A DNA stretch of 16,926 nucleotides, taken from Thermodesulfobacteriota bacterium (GTDB lineage Bacteria; Desulfobacterota; Desulfobulbia; Desulfobulbales; SURF-16). The position numbers were made by a program, and so were the translations under genes. The notes under the pieces were generated by a model. The model was given only the letters and a program-made list of their open reading frames with translations. It ran no database searches and was not told where the DNA came from. The stretch is taken from contig JBDLIE010000056.1 in assembly GCA_039715015.1 (NCBI GenBank), positions 1 through 16,926 of the forward strand, in the 5' to 3' direction. Below are positions 1-11,875 of the stretch, one piece after another (within the stretch, counting starts at the first letter, position 1; each line of letters begins with the position of its first letter).

Positions 1-86
1 GTCAGGGTGGTCTTACCATGATCGACGTGACCGATGGTGCCAATGTTTACATGGGGTTTGGTGCGTTCAAATTTCTCTCTAGCCAT
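1..86 (-). CDS. tuf: Elongation factor Tu, second copy, N-terminal part only (runs off the window edge)
   Basis: Not in the ORF track. Manual translation from ATG at 86 gives [28 protein letters not shown], the EF-Tu N-terminus with G1 P-loop [10 protein letters not shown]-like GAGGA at about 93-97; follows fusA. Confidence 0.97.
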   Translation of the reverse strand, partial: MAREKFERTKPHVNIGTIGHVDHGKTTL

Positions 87-141
87 TGCTTTTCCTCGAA
101 TTTTAATAATGCCCTTATATCATATAGATGAGGGCTTAAAA

Positions 142-2223
142 TCAGATTAATCCTTTTACTTTCTGAATGATCTTATCACTCGTTTTCTTCGGTACTTCTG
201 CATAATTGGCAAACTGCATGGTGAAGTTTGCCCGGCCTTGACTGGCTGATCTCAAATCAGTCGCATAGCCAAACATCTGAGCAAGGGGTACCTCTGCTTC
301 TATCTCCTGGAAACCATTTTCGCGACCTTCCATGCCGTTAATCTTGGCATGGCGGGCATTGAGGTCTGAAATGACATCCCCCATACTGGCTTCAGGAACC
401 ATAATCTCCAGAGCCATCATGGGCTCAAGGAGTTTTGGTTCGGCCTGCAGCATTGCCTCTCTGAGGGCCATGGCTGAGGCCACCCCAAAGGCCTGCTCGG
501 TTGAATCCTCCTCGTGAAAGGAGCCGCCCACCAGGCTGACCTTAATATCCGTTACCGGAAAGCCAAGCAGAGCCCCGGAGTCCAGGCTTGAATAGATACT
601 GCGCTCAATGGCAGCAATGAATTCAGCCGGGATAGTCTCTTCACTGACCTGACTTTCAAACTGTCGCCCATCGCCCTGTTTAAGGGGGGCAACTTCCAGA
701 CAGACATGGCCATATTGATTTTGACCTGTCTGCTGAACAAATTCGTTTTCAGCTTCACCCTGGCTTGTAACCGTTTCTTTATAGGCAACCTGAGGCTTAC
801 CGACATTGGCGCCGACCTTAAACTCACGAAGCAGTCGGTCAACAATAATTTCCAGATGCAACTCGCCCATGCCGGAAATCAGGGTCTGGCCTGTATCAGC
901 ATCGGTGCTGACGCGGAAGGATGGATCTTCCAGGGCCATTTTCTCCAAACTCTCAAAGAGCTTTTCTTCATCAGCCTTTGTTTTTGGCTCAATGGCAATG
1001 CTGATGACGGGTTCCGGAAATTCCATCTGATCCAGAACTATATAATCACCAGTGGAACACAGGGTGTCACCAGTGGTTGAAAACCGTAAACCAACCAGAG
1101 CTGCAATGTCACCAGGACCAAGCTCTTTGACCTCTTCACGCTTATTAGCGTGCATCTTGAGGATCCGGCTGACCTTCTCCTGTTTCGACTTCACAGGATT
1201 ATAGACCTTGTCACCCACAGCAATTTTGCCGGAGTAGACCCGGATAAAAGCCAATGTTCCGACAAAGGGGTCTGCCATGAGCTTAAAAGCCAGACCACAA
1301 AACTTTTCGTTGGCCCCTGTCTTACGGCTCACTGTTTCGCCCTGTTTATCAACTCCTTCAACAGGAGGGATATCGCTGGGCGAAGGCAGATAGGAAAGCA
1401 CAGAATCTAATAAAGGCTGAACCCCCTTATTCTTAAATGCACTTCCACATAGAACCGGCACAAGGTCCAAATTTATCGTCGCTGCCCTTATTGCCTGGAT
1501 GATTTCATCCGCAGCAATGGGCTGCTCTTCGAGATATTTTTCCATGACCCCCTCATCGAAGTCGGCCAGCTTCTCGAGGAGTGCCATACGTGCAGCCGTG
1601 AATTCTTCTACGAATTCCTCAGGGATCTCTTGGGAAGAAACCTCTTGTCCCTGACTTTCTTCGTCAAAGACCAGCATTTCTTCTGAAATGAGGTCTATGA
1701 CGCCGCGAAATGTATCTTCGCTGCCAACCGGTAGTTGAACAGGAAGAGGATTGGTACCAAGCCGGTCTTCCATCATGGAGACACAGCGCTGAAAATCGGC
1801 ACCAACGCGATCCATCTTGTTGACAAATGCCAGGCGGGGAATACCATATTTTTCTGCTTGGCGCCACACTGTTTCTGACTGGGGCTCTACTCCGCCAACC
1901 GCGCAAAAAACAGCTACGACTCCATCCAGTACCCGCAGACATCTTTCAACTTCCAGGGTAAAATCTACATGCCCTGGCGTATCAATTATATTGATACGAT
2001 GATCTTTCCACTCACAGGTTGTGGCGGCAGAGGTGATGGTAATTCCCCTCTCCTGCTCCTGCTCCATCCAGTCCATGATGGCGGTGCCTTCATGGACCTC
2101 GCCAATCTTATGGGAGCGCCCTGTATAGTAGAGTATTCGTTCCGTTGTTGTTGTCTTGCCCGCGTCAATATGGGCCATAATGCCGATATTGCGTAACCGG
2201 GCAAGCGAGATGTTCTTTGCCAT
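142..2223 (-). CDS. fusA: Elongation factor G (str-cluster copy, divergent domain IV), 693 aa
   Basis: Motifs [31 protein letters not shown] and GMGELHL. ATG at 2223 ([15 protein letters not shown]) is preferred over TTG at 2241 because AGGTAG lies just upstream and the N-terminal length matches EF-G. Confidence 0.96.
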   Translation of the reverse strand: MAKNISLARLRNIGIMAHIDAGKTTTTERILYYTGRSHKIGEVHEGTAIMDWMEQEQERGITITSAATTCEWKDHRINIIDTPGHVDFTLEVERCLRVLDGVVAVFCAVGGVEPQSETVWRQAEKYGIPRLAFVNKMDRVGADFQRCVSMMEDRLGTNPLPVQLPVGSEDTFRGVIDLISEEMLVFDEESQGQEVSSQEIPEEFVEEFTAARMALLEKLADFDEGVMEKYLEEQPIAADEIIQAIRAATINLDLVPVLCGSAFKNKGVQPLLDSVLSYLPSPSDIPPVEGVDKQGETVSRKTGANEKFCGLAFKLMADPFVGTLAFIRVYSGKIAVGDKVYNPVKSKQEKVSRILKMHANKREEVKELGPGDIAALVGLRFSTTGDTLCSTGDYIVLDQMEFPEPVISIAIEPKTKADEEKLFESLEKMALEDPSFRVSTDADTGQTLISGMGELHLEIIVDRLLREFKVGANVGKPQVAYKETVTSQGEAENEFVQQTGQNQYGHVCLEVAPLKQGDGRQFESQVSEETIPAEFIAAIERSIYSSLDSGALLGFPVTDIKVSLVGGSFHEEDSTEQAFGVASAMALREAMLQAEPKLLEPMMALEIMVPEASMGDVISDLNARHAKINGMEGRENGFQEIEAEVPLAQMFGYATDLRSASQGRANFTMQFANYAEVPKKTSDKIIQKVKGLI

Positions 2224-2302
2224 GATCTCTACCTTGGCCAAACATCTCGACTTTAAATGACTAAAGCCTGACCTTTATATCTGGGCCAATAAAAAGAATG
2301 AG

Positions 2303-2331
2303 TTTATAACGGGTAACCCTTCTTTTGTCAA
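2303..2331 (-). promoter_or_regulatory. Putative sigma70 promoter for fusA(-tuf)
   Basis: Perfect TTGACA (2331-2326), 17-nt spacer, TATAAA (2308-2303); alternatively TAAACT at 19 nt. Located just downstream of the rpsG terminator. Confidence 0.7.
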
Positions 2332-2343
2332 CGGATGTTATCT

Positions 2344-2381
2344 AAAAAAATTTCCGGCTCTGAAAGTTCCAGAACCGGAAA
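2344..2381 (-). terminator. Intrinsic terminator downstream of rpsG
   Basis: Minus strand TTTCCGGTTCTG-gaacttt-CAGAGCCGGAAA followed by T7; 12-bp stem with one G-U pair. Confidence 0.85.
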
Positions 2382-2405
2382 CATAAAATTTAAAAACGTA
2401 AAAAC

Positions 2406-2879
2406 TTACCAGCGATAATGAGCAAAGGCCTTATTGGCATCTGCCATACGGTGGGTATCCTCACGTTTTTTCACTGCAGCACCACGAGCAGCATAGGCAT
2501 CAGAAAACTCAGCAGCGAGTTTCTCGGCCATGCTACGGCCATTACGCTTACGAGCCATCTCCACAAGCCAACGCATGGCCAGAGCGTTACGACGCTCAGG
2601 GCGAACCTCTTGGGGCACCTGATAGGTGGCACCACCAACACGACGGGACTTAACCTCAAGCTTGGGCCGAACATTATCCATGGCCTTCTCAAATACGGCA
2701 AAAGGCTCATCCTCGGTAATACGTCCTTCCAGAAGATCCATGGCACCGTAAAAAATTTTCTGGGCAGCGGACTTCTTACCATCACTCATCAGGGTATTGA
2801 TGAACTTGGAAACAAGCACTGAGTTAAAACGCTGATCACCAGGGATCTGTCTTTTGGCAACTAATCTACGTCTTGGCAT
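2406..2879 (-). CDS. rpsG: 30S ribosomal protein S7
   Basis: MPRRR N-terminus, [37 protein letters not shown] upstream. Confidence 0.99.
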   Translation of the reverse strand: MPRRRLVAKRQIPGDQRFNSVLVSKFINTLMSDGKKSAAQKIFYGAMDLLEGRITEDEPFAVFEKAMDNVRPKLEVKSRRVGGATYQVPQEVRPERRNALAMRWLVEMARKRNGRSMAEKLAAEFSDAYAARGAAVKKREDTHRMADANKAFAHYRW

Positions 2880-2891
2880 TATTGAATCCTC

Positions 2892-3263
2892 TTACTTAGG
2901 CCTTTTTGCACCGTATTTAGAGCGACCCTGACGACGATCAGATACACCCAGGGTATCAAGCGTTCCCCTGATAACATGATAACGGACACCGGGTAAATCT
3001 TTTACCCTACCGCCACGAATCAGCACAACAGAATGCTCTTGAAGATTATGTCCAATACCAGGAATGTAGGAAGTAACCTCGATTCCGTTGGTCAGCCTTA
3101 CCCTTGCTACCTTACGAAGGGCTGAGTTTGGCTTTTTAGGGGTGGTCGTGTAAACACGGGTACAAACACCACGTCTCTGGGGACATGCCTGGAGAGCCGG
3201 CGTATTAGTACGCTTTACAGATTTCTTCCGACCCTGCCTGACCAGTTGGTTTATGGTTGGCAT
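2892..3263 (-). CDS. rpsL: 30S ribosomal protein S12
   Basis: [40 protein letters not shown] upstream. Confidence 0.99.
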   Translation of the reverse strand: MPTINQLVRQGRKKSVKRTNTPALQACPQRRGVCTRVYTTTPKKPNSALRKVARVRLTNGIEVTSYIPGIGHNLQEHSVVLIRGGRVKDLPGVRYHVIRGTLDTLGVSDRRQGRSKYGAKRPK

Positions 3264-3392
3264 TGAACAAACTCCTTATATTAAATGTAATGAAAACAAA
3301 ATTTTAGTACGGACGTTTTTTTCAAGTTTATTGCACGATCCGTAACATGTTTCCCAAGCATGGAGATACTCCCCTTAGCAAGAGAAACGACA

Positions 3393-3421
3393 TAGATACA
3401 CGAAGGCCCTTTTAATGTCAA
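3393..3421 (-). promoter_or_regulatory. Putative sigma70 promoter for rpsL-rpsG
   Basis: Perfect TTGACA (3421-3416), 17-nt spacer, TATCTA (3398-3393), about 130 nt upstream of rpsL. The -10 match is imperfect. Confidence 0.6.
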
Positions 3422-3487
3422 GAAGTAAGAAATGACAAAGAATGAAAAAACCAATCCTGAGTCATTTCCACTCCCCAGCACTCGACC

Positions 3488-6400
3488 TTATTTCACCTTG
3501 TAACGGCTCAGACCGGTACCAGCAGGTACCAATCGACCCATAATAACATTTTCCTTCAGGCCACTGAGGTCATCAATACGACCTGCCATGGCAGAATTGG
3601 TTAAGACCTTGGTGGTCTCCTGGAAGGAAGCCGCTGAAATAAAGCTGTCAGTACTTAACGAGGCCTTGGTGACACCGAGAAGCAGCGGCTCAGCCTGGGC
3701 TGGCCTGTTGCCTTCCCGCAAGAGCTGCTCATTTACCTCATTAAACTTCCACCACTCAACCTGCTCGCCCTGCATGAAGGTCGAATCACCAACACCAGTG
3801 ATCATAACCCGACGCAGCATCTGGCGAACAATGACCTCGATGTGCTTATCGTTGATCTTTACACCCTGGAGGCGGTAAACCTCCTGGATCTCGTTCACCA
3901 TAAACTTGGCGAGCTCCTTTACACCGAGGACGCGGAGAATATCATTGGGATCAGGGGAACCATCCATCAAAGCCTCACCGGACTTGACATAGTCACCCTC
4001 ATGGACGGCAATATGCTTGCCCTTGGGGATGAGATACTCCTTTGGTTCACCAAGCTCGGGAGTCACAACAACCCGACGCTTACCTTTGAGCTCCTTACCA
4101 AAGCTGATCCTGCCATCAATCTCGGAGATGACAGCGTGCTGCTTGGGCTTACGCACCTCAAAGAGTTCAGCAACACGGGGCAGACCACCGGTAATATCCT
4201 TGGTTTTCGTTGTTTCACGGGGAATCTTACCAAGAACGGCACCGGCCTCAACAACAGTTCCGTCTTCCACGGTGATGATAGTACCCACCGGCAATGAGTA
4301 GCGAGCCGGGATACCAGTCTTATCGAGCTTGACCGGTTTTCCTTTATCTGTCCGCAGGGAGATAAGCGGGTTTAAGGCAGAGGTCTTGCCCGGGATAATC
4401 ACAGAGCTTGACTTGCCTGTGATCTGGTCCTTTTTCTCCTGCATGGAGGAACCTTCGATGATGTCTTCATACTTAACAACACCGCCGATCTCTGTAACAA
4501 TGGGAATGGTATAGGGGTCCCAGTCGGCAATCAGCGTCTTGGGCTCCATCTCGCCGCCGTCAGCAACGTGGAGAACGGCGCCGTAAGGTACAGGATAGCG
4601 CTCACGCTCACGGCCCTTGGGGCCGAGTACTGATATGTCACCATTACGGTTCATGACGACCATCTCGCCGTCCTGATTGGCAACGCAGTGCAGATCGTTA
4701 TACTTCAGGAAACCGCCATGCTGAGAGCGAACCTCTGCCGTTTCAACGGCACGGCTGGCTGTACCACCGATATGGAAGGTCCGCATGGTAAGCTGGGTAC
4801 CCGGCTCACCAATGGACTGGGCAGCAATAATACCAACCGCCTCACCATTGTTAACCATGTGGCCACGGCCAAGATCACGGCCATAGCACAGGGCACAGAC
4901 ACCGCGCTTGGAACGACAGGTAAGTACGGAACGCATCATAACCCGGTCAATACCGGCCTCTTCAATGGCCTTGACCTTCTCTTCAGTAAACTGGTTGTTG
5001 GCTTCAACAAGCACTTCGCCGGAAAAGGCATCAACCACATCCTCCAGGGCCACACGCCCCAGGATACGTTCACTCACCTTCTGGATAATCTCACCACCTT
5101 CAACAAGGGGCTCGGCCAGAATACCATCCAGGGTACCGCAATCCTTCTCAACAATGGTGGAGTCCTGGGCAACGTCGACCAAACGACGGGTAAGGTAACC
5201 GGAGTTTGCTGTCTTCAGAGCTGTATCAGCAAGACCCTTACGGGCACCATGGGTGGAGATGAAATACTCGAGAACAGTAAGGCCTTCCCGGAAATTGGCC
5301 TTAATGGGGGTCTCGATAATGGCACCGGAAGGCTTGGCCATCAGACCACGCATACCAGCGAGCTGGCGAATCTGGTCTTTTGAACCACGGGCACCAGAAT
5401 CGGCCATCATATAGATGGGGTTAAAGCTTGGAGTCTCCTCCATCTTCTTGGTCTCAGGGTTCTTAATATAGTCCACAGAGAGCTCAGTCATCATATCCTG
5501 GGCGACGTTGTCCGTGGTCTTTGACCAGATATCAACAACCTTGTTGTACTTCTCACCAGAGGTGATCAGACCATCGGCATACTGATTTTCAACGTCCATG
5601 ACCGCTTTTTCTGACTTGCCAAGGGTTTCTTCCTTGGAAAGTGGAATAAGCATGTCATTGATGGAGATGGAAACCGCTGCCCGGGTGGCAAATTCATAGC
5701 CCATATCCTTCAGGCGGTCAGCAAGGATAACTGTATCCTTGGTACCAGCATGGCGATAGGTGTGATCAATGAGCTTGGCAAGGGCCTTCTTACCCAGGTT
5801 CTTATTGACCTGGTCAAAGCTAACGGATTTGGGAAGCAATTGGCCAACCAGCACACGGCCCATGGTGGTATCAACAATCTTGCCGTCAATGCGGACCTTA
5901 ATCATGGTCTGCAGGTCTACCTGATCATAATCATAGGCAATACTTGCCTCTTCAGGAGAGGAAAAGACCTTGTTGTGACCTTTGGCGTAGAGCCGCTCCC
6001 TGGTCATATAATAGAGTCCAAGGACAATATCCTGACTGGGGATAATAATCGGCTCGCCATGGGCTGGAGAGAGGATGTTGTTGGTGGACATCATCAACAC
6101 CCGGGCCTCCATCTGGGCCTCAACGGTCAGGGGCAGATGGACAGCCATCTGATCACCGTCAAAGTCAGCGTTAAAGGCGGCACAAACCAGGGGGTGAAGC
6201 TGGATGGCCTTACCCTCGATAAGTACCGGCTCAAAGGCCTGCATACCGAGGCGATGGAGAGTGGGAGCACGGTTAAGGATAATAGGATACTCACGGACCA
6301 CGTCATCAAGGACGTCCCATACTTCTTTGGTACCCTTCTCAACCATCTTACGGGCGCTCTTGATGGTGGTCACATAGCCCAGGGTCTCAAGCTTGTTATA

Positions 6401-7543
6401 AATAAAGGGCTTGAAAAGCTCCAAGGCCATCTTCTTAGGCAGACCACATTGGTGGAGGCGAAGATGGGGGCCGACCACAATAACGGTACGACCAGAGTAA
6501 TCAACACGCTTACCAAGCAGGTTCTGACGAAAACGACCCTGCTTTCCTTTGAGCATGTCGGAAAGTGACTTGAGCGGACGCTTATTGGGACCGGTGATGG
6601 TCTTACCGCGACGGCCATTATCAAACAGAACATCAACGGCCTCCTGGAGCATCCTCTTTTCATTGCGGATGATGATCTCGGGGGCGTCAAGGTCAAGGAG
6701 ACGCTTTAAGCGATTATTACGGTTAATCACCCGGCGATAGAGATCATTGAGATCAGAGGTGGCAAACCGACCGCCTTCCAGAGGCACAAGGGGGCGAAGA
6801 TCAGGAGGCAGAACCGGGATCGTTTCTAAAATCATCCACTCTGGTTTGTTGCCTGAATCTTTAAAGGCCTCAACAACATTAAGTCGCTTGGCGTATTTTT
6901 TACGCTTGGCCTCGGAGCCGGTTGTCCGCATATCTTCACGAAGCTCTACAGAGAGGGCCTCAAGATTAAGAGAACTCAGGATCTCCTTAATGGCCGAAGC
7001 ACCAATGCCCACCGTGAACTGACCGGGGAATTCTTCACGGCCCTGGCGATACTGCTCCTCGTTCATCAAGGTGCCCACAACAATGCTCGGCTCCTGGGAA
7101 GTGACAACCACATAGGAGTCAAAATAGAGAACCTTCTCCAACTCCTTGAGGGTCATATCGCAGAGGTTACCGATCTTTGAGGGCAGACTCTTCAAAAACC
7201 AGATATGGGCCACGGGAGCCGCCAGGGTAATATGACCAAGACGTTCACGGCGCACCTTGGATTGAATGACCTCAACCCCGCATTTCTCGCAGACCACGCC
7301 GCGATGCTTCATGCGTTTATACTTACCGCAATTACACTCGTAGTCCTTGACCGGACCAAAAATCTTGGCGCAGAAAAGACCATCGCGCTCCGGCTTGAAT
7401 GTCCGGTAGTTAATGGTCTCAGGCTTCTTTACCTCGCCATAGGACCACTCTTTGATCTTGTCCGGAGAAGCAAGGGAGATACGGACCTTGCTATAATCTA
7501 TTGTCTTTTTTGCCTTGGTAAAAAAGGTGAAAAGTTCGTCCAC
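3488..7543 (-). CDS. rpoC: DNA-directed RNA polymerase beta' subunit
   Basis: N-terminal Zn finger (CNCGK...CEKC), catalytic [20 protein letters not shown] followed by the trigger-loop insertion, [12 protein letters not shown] start with SD GAGGTG. Confidence 0.99.
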   Translation of the reverse strand: MDELFTFFTKAKKTIDYSKVRISLASPDKIKEWSYGEVKKPETINYRTFKPERDGLFCAKIFGPVKDYECNCGKYKRMKHRGVVCEKCGVEVIQSKVRRERLGHITLAAPVAHIWFLKSLPSKIGNLCDMTLKELEKVLYFDSYVVVTSQEPSIVVGTLMNEEQYRQGREEFPGQFTVGIGASAIKEILSSLNLEALSVELREDMRTTGSEAKRKKYAKRLNVVEAFKDSGNKPEWMILETIPVLPPDLRPLVPLEGGRFATSDLNDLYRRVINRNNRLKRLLDLDAPEIIIRNEKRMLQEAVDVLFDNGRRGKTITGPNKRPLKSLSDMLKGKQGRFRQNLLGKRVDYSGRTVIVVGPHLRLHQCGLPKKMALELFKPFIYNKLETLGYVTTIKSARKMVEKGTKEVWDVLDDVVREYPIILNRAPTLHRLGMQAFEPVLIEGKAIQLHPLVCAAFNADFDGDQMAVHLPLTVEAQMEARVLMMSTNNILSPAHGEPIIIPSQDIVLGLYYMTRERLYAKGHNKVFSSPEEASIAYDYDQVDLQTMIKVRIDGKIVDTTMGRVLVGQLLPKSVSFDQVNKNLGKKALAKLIDHTYRHAGTKDTVILADRLKDMGYEFATRAAVSISINDMLIPLSKEETLGKSEKAVMDVENQYADGLITSGEKYNKVVDIWSKTTDNVAQDMMTELSVDYIKNPETKKMEETPSFNPIYMMADSGARGSKDQIRQLAGMRGLMAKPSGAIIETPIKANFREGLTVLEYFISTHGARKGLADTALKTANSGYLTRRLVDVAQDSTIVEKDCGTLDGILAEPLVEGGEIIQKVSERILGRVALEDVVDAFSGEVLVEANNQFTEEKVKAIEEAGIDRVMMRSVLTCRSKRGVCALCYGRDLGRGHMVNNGEAVGIIAAQSIGEPGTQLTMRTFHIGGTASRAVETAEVRSQHGGFLKYNDLHCVANQDGEMVVMNRNGDISVLGPKGRERERYPVPYGAVLHVADGGEMEPKTLIADWDPYTIPIVTEIGGVVKYEDIIEGSSMQEKKDQITGKSSSVIIPGKTSALNPLISLRTDKGKPVKLDKTGIPARYSLPVGTIITVEDGTVVEAGAVLGKIPRETTKTKDITGGLPRVAELFEVRKPKQHAVISEIDGRISFGKELKGKRRVVVTPELGEPKEYLIPKGKHIAVHEGDYVKSGEALMDGSPDPNDILRVLGVKELAKFMVNEIQEVYRLQGVKINDKHIEVIVRQMLRRVMITGVGDSTFMQGEQVEWWKFNEVNEQLLREGNRPAQAEPLLLGVTKASLSTDSFISAASFQETTKVLTNSAMAGRIDDLSGLKENVIMGRLVPAGTGLSRYKVK

Positions 7544-7569
7544 AGATACACCTCAAGTTATTGAGAATT

Positions 7570-7618
7570 TTAAGAGCAGGAGAAGGCAGGGAAAGCCCAC
7601 AGCCCTTCTCCTTCTTAA
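7570..7618 (-). other. Long imperfect stem-loop in the rpoB-rpoC spacer
   Basis: Plus-strand arms TTAAGA/TCTTAA (7570-7575/7613-7618), AGGAGAAGG/CCTTCTCCT (7578-7586/7604-7612) and inner GGG/CCC; no clear U-tract. Confidence 0.6.
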
Positions 7619-7664
7619 TTTCTTTAATCTATAACTTCGTAAATTCTTTAGTTGGCTTACGTGC

Positions 7665-10600
7665 TTATTCCATTAATTCCATATCCAAGCACAACCCTTG
7701 CAGCTCCTTGACCAGTACATGGAATGATTCCGGCAGGCCTGCTTCCAGGAAATTATTTCCTTTAACAATTTTCTCATACATCTTGGTCCGGCCGGCCACA
7801 TCATCCGACTTGACGGTGAGAAACTCCTGGAGGGTATAGGCTGCGCCGTAGGCTTCCATGGCCCAAACCTCCATCTCGCCAAGTCGCTGACCACCAAACT
7901 GAGCCTTACCGCCCAGAGGCTGCTGAGTAACAAGGGAGTATGGTCCAGTGGAACGGGCGTGAATTTTATCGTCAACCAGATGATGGAGCTTCAGGAAGTA
8001 CATGGTGCCGACGGTTACCTGGTTGGCAAACGGTTCACCGGTGAGGCCGTCAAAGAGAGTGGTTTGACCCACTTCCTCAGCACCACCCTCAACCAGCATG
8101 GCCTGAATCTCGCTCTCCTGAGCGCCATCGAAAACTGGGGTTTCCATATGGAGACCGTGGGACAAATTGTTCTTAGCATAATCAAGGAGATCATCATCGC
8201 TAAAGCCGTCAACGATCTGATCATACTCATCCTTGCTGTACACTGCCTTCAGCTTCTTCTTGATGCTGTCCAGGTCACGCTTTTCAGCAAAGGCCTGGAT
8301 CTGCTCGCCAAGGACCTTGGCAGCCCGACCTAAATGGACCTCAAGGATCTGGCCAACATTCATACGGGAAGGTACGCCCAAGGGGTTAAGGACGATATCG
8401 ACACTGGTACCATCAGCAAAATAAGGCATATCCTCTTCTGGAAGGATACGGGAAACAACACCCTTATTACCATGGCGGCCCGCCATCTTATCACCAACCG
8501 CCAGCTTACGCTTCACGGCGATATAGACCTTGACCATCTTGATCACGCCAGGAGGCAGATCATCGCCTTTTTTCAAGCGGTTGATCCGGTTCTCGTAACG
8601 CTTCTTAACTTCCTTAACCTGCTTGTCATAACGTTGGAAGATGAGTTCAACCTCACCTTCAAAACGCTCGCGATTGGTATAATCAATGCGTTTGACAGCA
8701 GAAAGAGACATCTTTTCAAGAACCTCGGCAGTAATCCTGCCACCCTCCTCAATAAGGGCCTCACCATTCTGGGAGATAACTGCAGAGGCAGCCTTTTCCT
8801 TGGAGAGAAGATCAGCAATGGAATTACGAACCGCATTCTTCAGGCAGTGGACCTCATCCTCCATATCCCGGATGAGGCGGTCGATCTCAAAATCTTCAAT
8901 GGCCAGGGAGCGTTCATCCTTCTCAACGCCCTTGCGGGAAAAGACCTTGGCATCAATAACAACACCCTCAACACCAGGTGGTACCCGCAGGGAGGTGTCT
9001 TTGACATCGCCGGCCTTCTCGCCAAAAATGGCGCGAAGAAGCTTCTCCTCTGGGGAGAGCTGGGTTTCGCCTTTAGGGGTCACTTTACCCACCATGGTGT
9101 CACCAGGCTTGATCTCGGCACCAATACGGACAACGCCAGACTCATCGAGATTGGCCAGCGACTCTTCACTGACATTAGGAATGTCACGGGTAATCTCTTC
9201 TTTACCAAGTTTGGTATCACGGGCCACTGTCTCAAAGACCTCAATATGAACCGAGGTGTAGGTGTCCTGCTTAAGGAGCTTCTCGTTAATGAGAATAGAA
9301 TCCTCAAAGTTATAACCACGCCATGGCATGAAGGCGATTGTGACATTCTTACCAAGGGCAAGTTCACCGCATTCAGTGCCAGGACCATCGGCCAGAAGTT
9401 GACCTTCAACAACCTTTTCACCAGGTAAAACCACAGGGGTCTGGGTAAAGCAGGTGGATTGGTTGGATTTCTTATATTTGTCCAAACGATAGACACCGAT
9501 GCCGGTATCAAAACCACCGGTACCAGGTTTTTTATAGCGAACCACAACACGGTTGGCGTCAACCTCTTCCACAACACCATCACCATCCGCCAACAGGCAG
9601 ACTCCGGAATCACGGGCCACGGTTTTTTCCATACCAGTGCCCACAAGAGGTGAAGCGGTGCGTAACAGGGGCACACCCTGACGCTGCATGTTCGATCCCA
9701 TCAGAGCACGGTTAGCATCATCGTTTTCCAGAAAGGGGATAAGGGAGGCCGCCACCGATACAAGCTGGTTCGGGGAAACATCCATGTGGGTGATCATCCC
9801 TTTATTGGCAAGAAGAACCTCGCCGTCTTGACGGGCGATAACATTCTCTTCATCAATCATTCCCTTTTGGTCCATCTTGACTTGGGCGGGAACAACCACC
9901 TTGCCCTTCTCTTTGAGGGCGGTCATATAACCAACCTCATCGGTCACCTTGCCATTATCTACCTGACGGAAAGGGGTTTCGATGAATCCATATTCATTAA
10001 CCTTGGCATAGGATGCCAGAGAAACAATAAGACCAATATTCGGTCCCTCAGGTGTTTCAATGGGGCAAATACGACCATAATGGGTGGGATGGACATCGCG
10101 AACCTCAAAGCCAGCACGTTCGCGGGATAAACCACCAGGTCCCAAGGCGGAAAGTCTTCTCTTATGGGTAACCTCAGAAAGCGGGTTGGTCTGGTCCATG
10201 AACTGAGAGAGCTGGCTGGTGCCAAAGAACTCTTTAATGGCCGCTGTGATAGGCTTGGGGTTGATGAGGTCGTGGGGCATGAGGGTCTCAATTTCCTGCA
10301 AACTCATACGCTCGCGGATGGCACGTTCCATACGGACAAGTCCCATGCGATACTGATTTTCAACAAGCTCACCAACGGTGCGCACACGCCTATTGCCAAG
10401 ATGATCAATATCATCAACCGGTCCCTGGGATTCTTTGAGGTTAACCAGGTAGCGTACAGCGTCGATGATATCCTGACGGGTCAGAGTGCGGGTCTCCACC
10501 GGTGTATCAAGGCCGAGCTTGGCATTGACCTTAAAACGCCCGACCTCAGAAAGATCATAGGTGTCGGCATTGAAAAAGAGATTTTCAAAAAAGCTGGTAG

Positions 10601-11753
10601 CAACCTCAATGGTTGGCGGGCTGCTGGGTCGTAAACGGCGATAGATCTCAAGTAGAGCCTCATCAATTGAAGCAGTCTTGTCGAGAAAGAGCGTTTTGCG
10701 AAAGGAATCAGTTGAGGTGACACCATCAATATGCAGGGTCTCTACCTCAGTGATACCCGCTTCCGCCAAGGTCTCTAAAAGAGCGTCGGTCAACTCGCCA
10801 TTGCAGGGCAGAATAATCTCGCCGGTGGCACTATCGACAATATCATCGACAACAAAACGACCGGCAACGGTTTCTGCATCAATCTCAACAAATTCAATAC
10901 CGGCCTTGGCAATCTTGCCAGCCAGAGCCTTACCGATCTTGCGGCCCTTCTTGGCAAGAACATCGCCGCTGGAGGGATCAATAATATCCTTTTGGGCCCG
11001 GGTACCAGTAAAAGTTGCAGGAGCAAAGGAACAGTAAACCTTGCCGCCATCAAACTTAATCTTTTCAGTGTCGTAAAAATACCGAAGTAGGCTGGGGGAA
11101 TCGTGTCCAAGAGCCTTTAACAGGGTGGTGACATGAAACTTGCGCCGCCGGTCAATGCGGACAAAGAGGACATCTTTGGCATCAAACTCAAAATCTACCC
11201 AAGAGCCACGAACAGGGATAATGCGAGCTGAATAGAGCAGCTTGCCACCGGAATGGGTCTTGCCGTTATCATGGGCGAAAAAGAGACCGGGAGAACGCTG
11301 CAGCTGAGAAACAATAACACGCTCAGTACCGTTAACGACAAAGACGCCGCTCTTGGTCATCTGGGGCAGTGAACCAAGATAGACGGCCTGCTCCTTGATG
11401 TCACGGATTGACTTAGCCTCAGTCTCCGGGTCAACATCAAAGGTAATCAAGCGTACAGTTATCTTCAGAGGAACATCATAGGTCATACCCCGTTCACCGC
11501 ACTCTTCAACGGTATACTTAGGCTCGCCAAAGGTGTAATTGACAAACTCAAGGGTACAGTTCCCGTTAAAGTCATCAATGGGGAAAACGGATTTAAAAAC
11601 ACCCTCAAGACCGGATTCCTCTCGTTCATCGGGGGCGGAAGCCATTTGCAAAAAATCATCATAGGATCTTTTTTGCATATCGATAAGATGGGGCTTTTGA
11701 ATTAAGTCACCAATCTTAGCAAAGCTTTTTCTAACGCGTCTCATGCTTTTCAT
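7665..11753 (-). CDS. rpoB: DNA-directed RNA polymerase beta subunit
   Basis: Motifs [76 protein letters not shown] upstream. Confidence 0.99.
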   Translation of the reverse strand: MKSMRRVRKSFAKIGDLIQKPHLIDMQKRSYDDFLQMASAPDEREESGLEGVFKSVFPIDDFNGNCTLEFVNYTFGEPKYTVEECGERGMTYDVPLKITVRLITFDVDPETEAKSIRDIKEQAVYLGSLPQMTKSGVFVVNGTERVIVSQLQRSPGLFFAHDNGKTHSGGKLLYSARIIPVRGSWVDFEFDAKDVLFVRIDRRRKFHVTTLLKALGHDSPSLLRYFYDTEKIKFDGGKVYCSFAPATFTGTRAQKDIIDPSSGDVLAKKGRKIGKALAGKIAKAGIEFVEIDAETVAGRFVVDDIVDSATGEIILPCNGELTDALLETLAEAGITEVETLHIDGVTSTDSFRKTLFLDKTASIDEALLEIYRRLRPSSPPTIEVATSFFENLFFNADTYDLSEVGRFKVNAKLGLDTPVETRTLTRQDIIDAVRYLVNLKESQGPVDDIDHLGNRRVRTVGELVENQYRMGLVRMERAIRERMSLQEIETLMPHDLINPKPITAAIKEFFGTSQLSQFMDQTNPLSEVTHKRRLSALGPGGLSRERAGFEVRDVHPTHYGRICPIETPEGPNIGLIVSLASYAKVNEYGFIETPFRQVDNGKVTDEVGYMTALKEKGKVVVPAQVKMDQKGMIDEENVIARQDGEVLLANKGMITHMDVSPNQLVSVAASLIPFLENDDANRALMGSNMQRQGVPLLRTASPLVGTGMEKTVARDSGVCLLADGDGVVEEVDANRVVVRYKKPGTGGFDTGIGVYRLDKYKKSNQSTCFTQTPVVLPGEKVVEGQLLADGPGTECGELALGKNVTIAFMPWRGYNFEDSILINEKLLKQDTYTSVHIEVFETVARDTKLGKEEITRDIPNVSEESLANLDESGVVRIGAEIKPGDTMVGKVTPKGETQLSPEEKLLRAIFGEKAGDVKDTSLRVPPGVEGVVIDAKVFSRKGVEKDERSLAIEDFEIDRLIRDMEDEVHCLKNAVRNSIADLLSKEKAASAVISQNGEALIEEGGRITAEVLEKMSLSAVKRIDYTNRERFEGEVELIFQRYDKQVKEVKKRYENRINRLKKGDDLPPGVIKMVKVYIAVKRKLAVGDKMAGRHGNKGVVSRILPEEDMPYFADGTSVDIVLNPLGVPSRMNVGQILEVHLGRAAKVLGEQIQAFAEKRDLDSIKKKLKAVYSKDEYDQIVDGFSDDDLLDYAKNNLSHGLHMETPVFDGAQESEIQAMLVEGGAEEVGQTTLFDGLTGEPFANQVTVGTMYFLKLHHLVDDKIHARSTGPYSLVTQQPLGGKAQFGGQRLGEMEVWAMEAYGAAYTLQEFLTVKSDDVAGRTKMYEKIVKGNNFLEAGLPESFHVLVKELQGLCLDMELME

Positions 11754-11847
11754 CGAAAAAATGTCCTTGTCTAAATCAAGCTCAAAGAAAAACGTCTTTT
11801 TACGCCTCTGCCCTGTCGGGGGTGAGGCGTTGTCTCAGTTCTATTTT

Positions 11848-11875
11848 AAAAAAACTCAAGGCAATCAAGGCCTTG
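11848..11875 (-). terminator. Terminator/attenuator-like hairpin about 95 nt upstream of rpoB
   Basis: Minus strand CAAGGC-cttgatt-GCCTTG-ag-TTTTTTT; short 6-bp stem with a T7 tract. Confidence 0.5.

Noticed and set aside
2990..3145. Possible streptomycin-resistance changes in S12
   Set aside because: PKKPNS and RVKDLPG retain both lysines.
3429..3468. GAAATGAC/GTCATTTC inverted repeat after rpoC as a terminator
   Set aside because: AT-rich 8-bp stem with a 24-nt loop and a broken T-tract; too weak to call.
3281..3481. 66-aa minus-strand ORF between rpoC and rpsL
   Set aside because: Not L7Ae-like, no recognisable motif, and it overlaps the predicted rpsL promoter and leader.
8334..9428. 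364-aa plus-strand ORF and other long antisense ORFs (5750-6568, 4688-5383, 8686-9249, 14936-15424 and others)
   Set aside because: They lie opposite rpoB, rpoC, nusG or ribosomal genes, show no recognisable motifs, and are expected shadows of codon bias in conserved genes.
10110..10230. Possible rifampicin-resistance changes in RpoB cluster I
   Set aside because: [28 protein letters not shown] keeps the Q, D, H and S residues of the susceptible type.
3488..11753. Inteins, introns, frameshifts or an rpoB-rpoC fusion
   Set aside because: Both frames are continuous, of normal size and separately terminated; the insertions seen match known proteobacterial-type lineage-specific domains.
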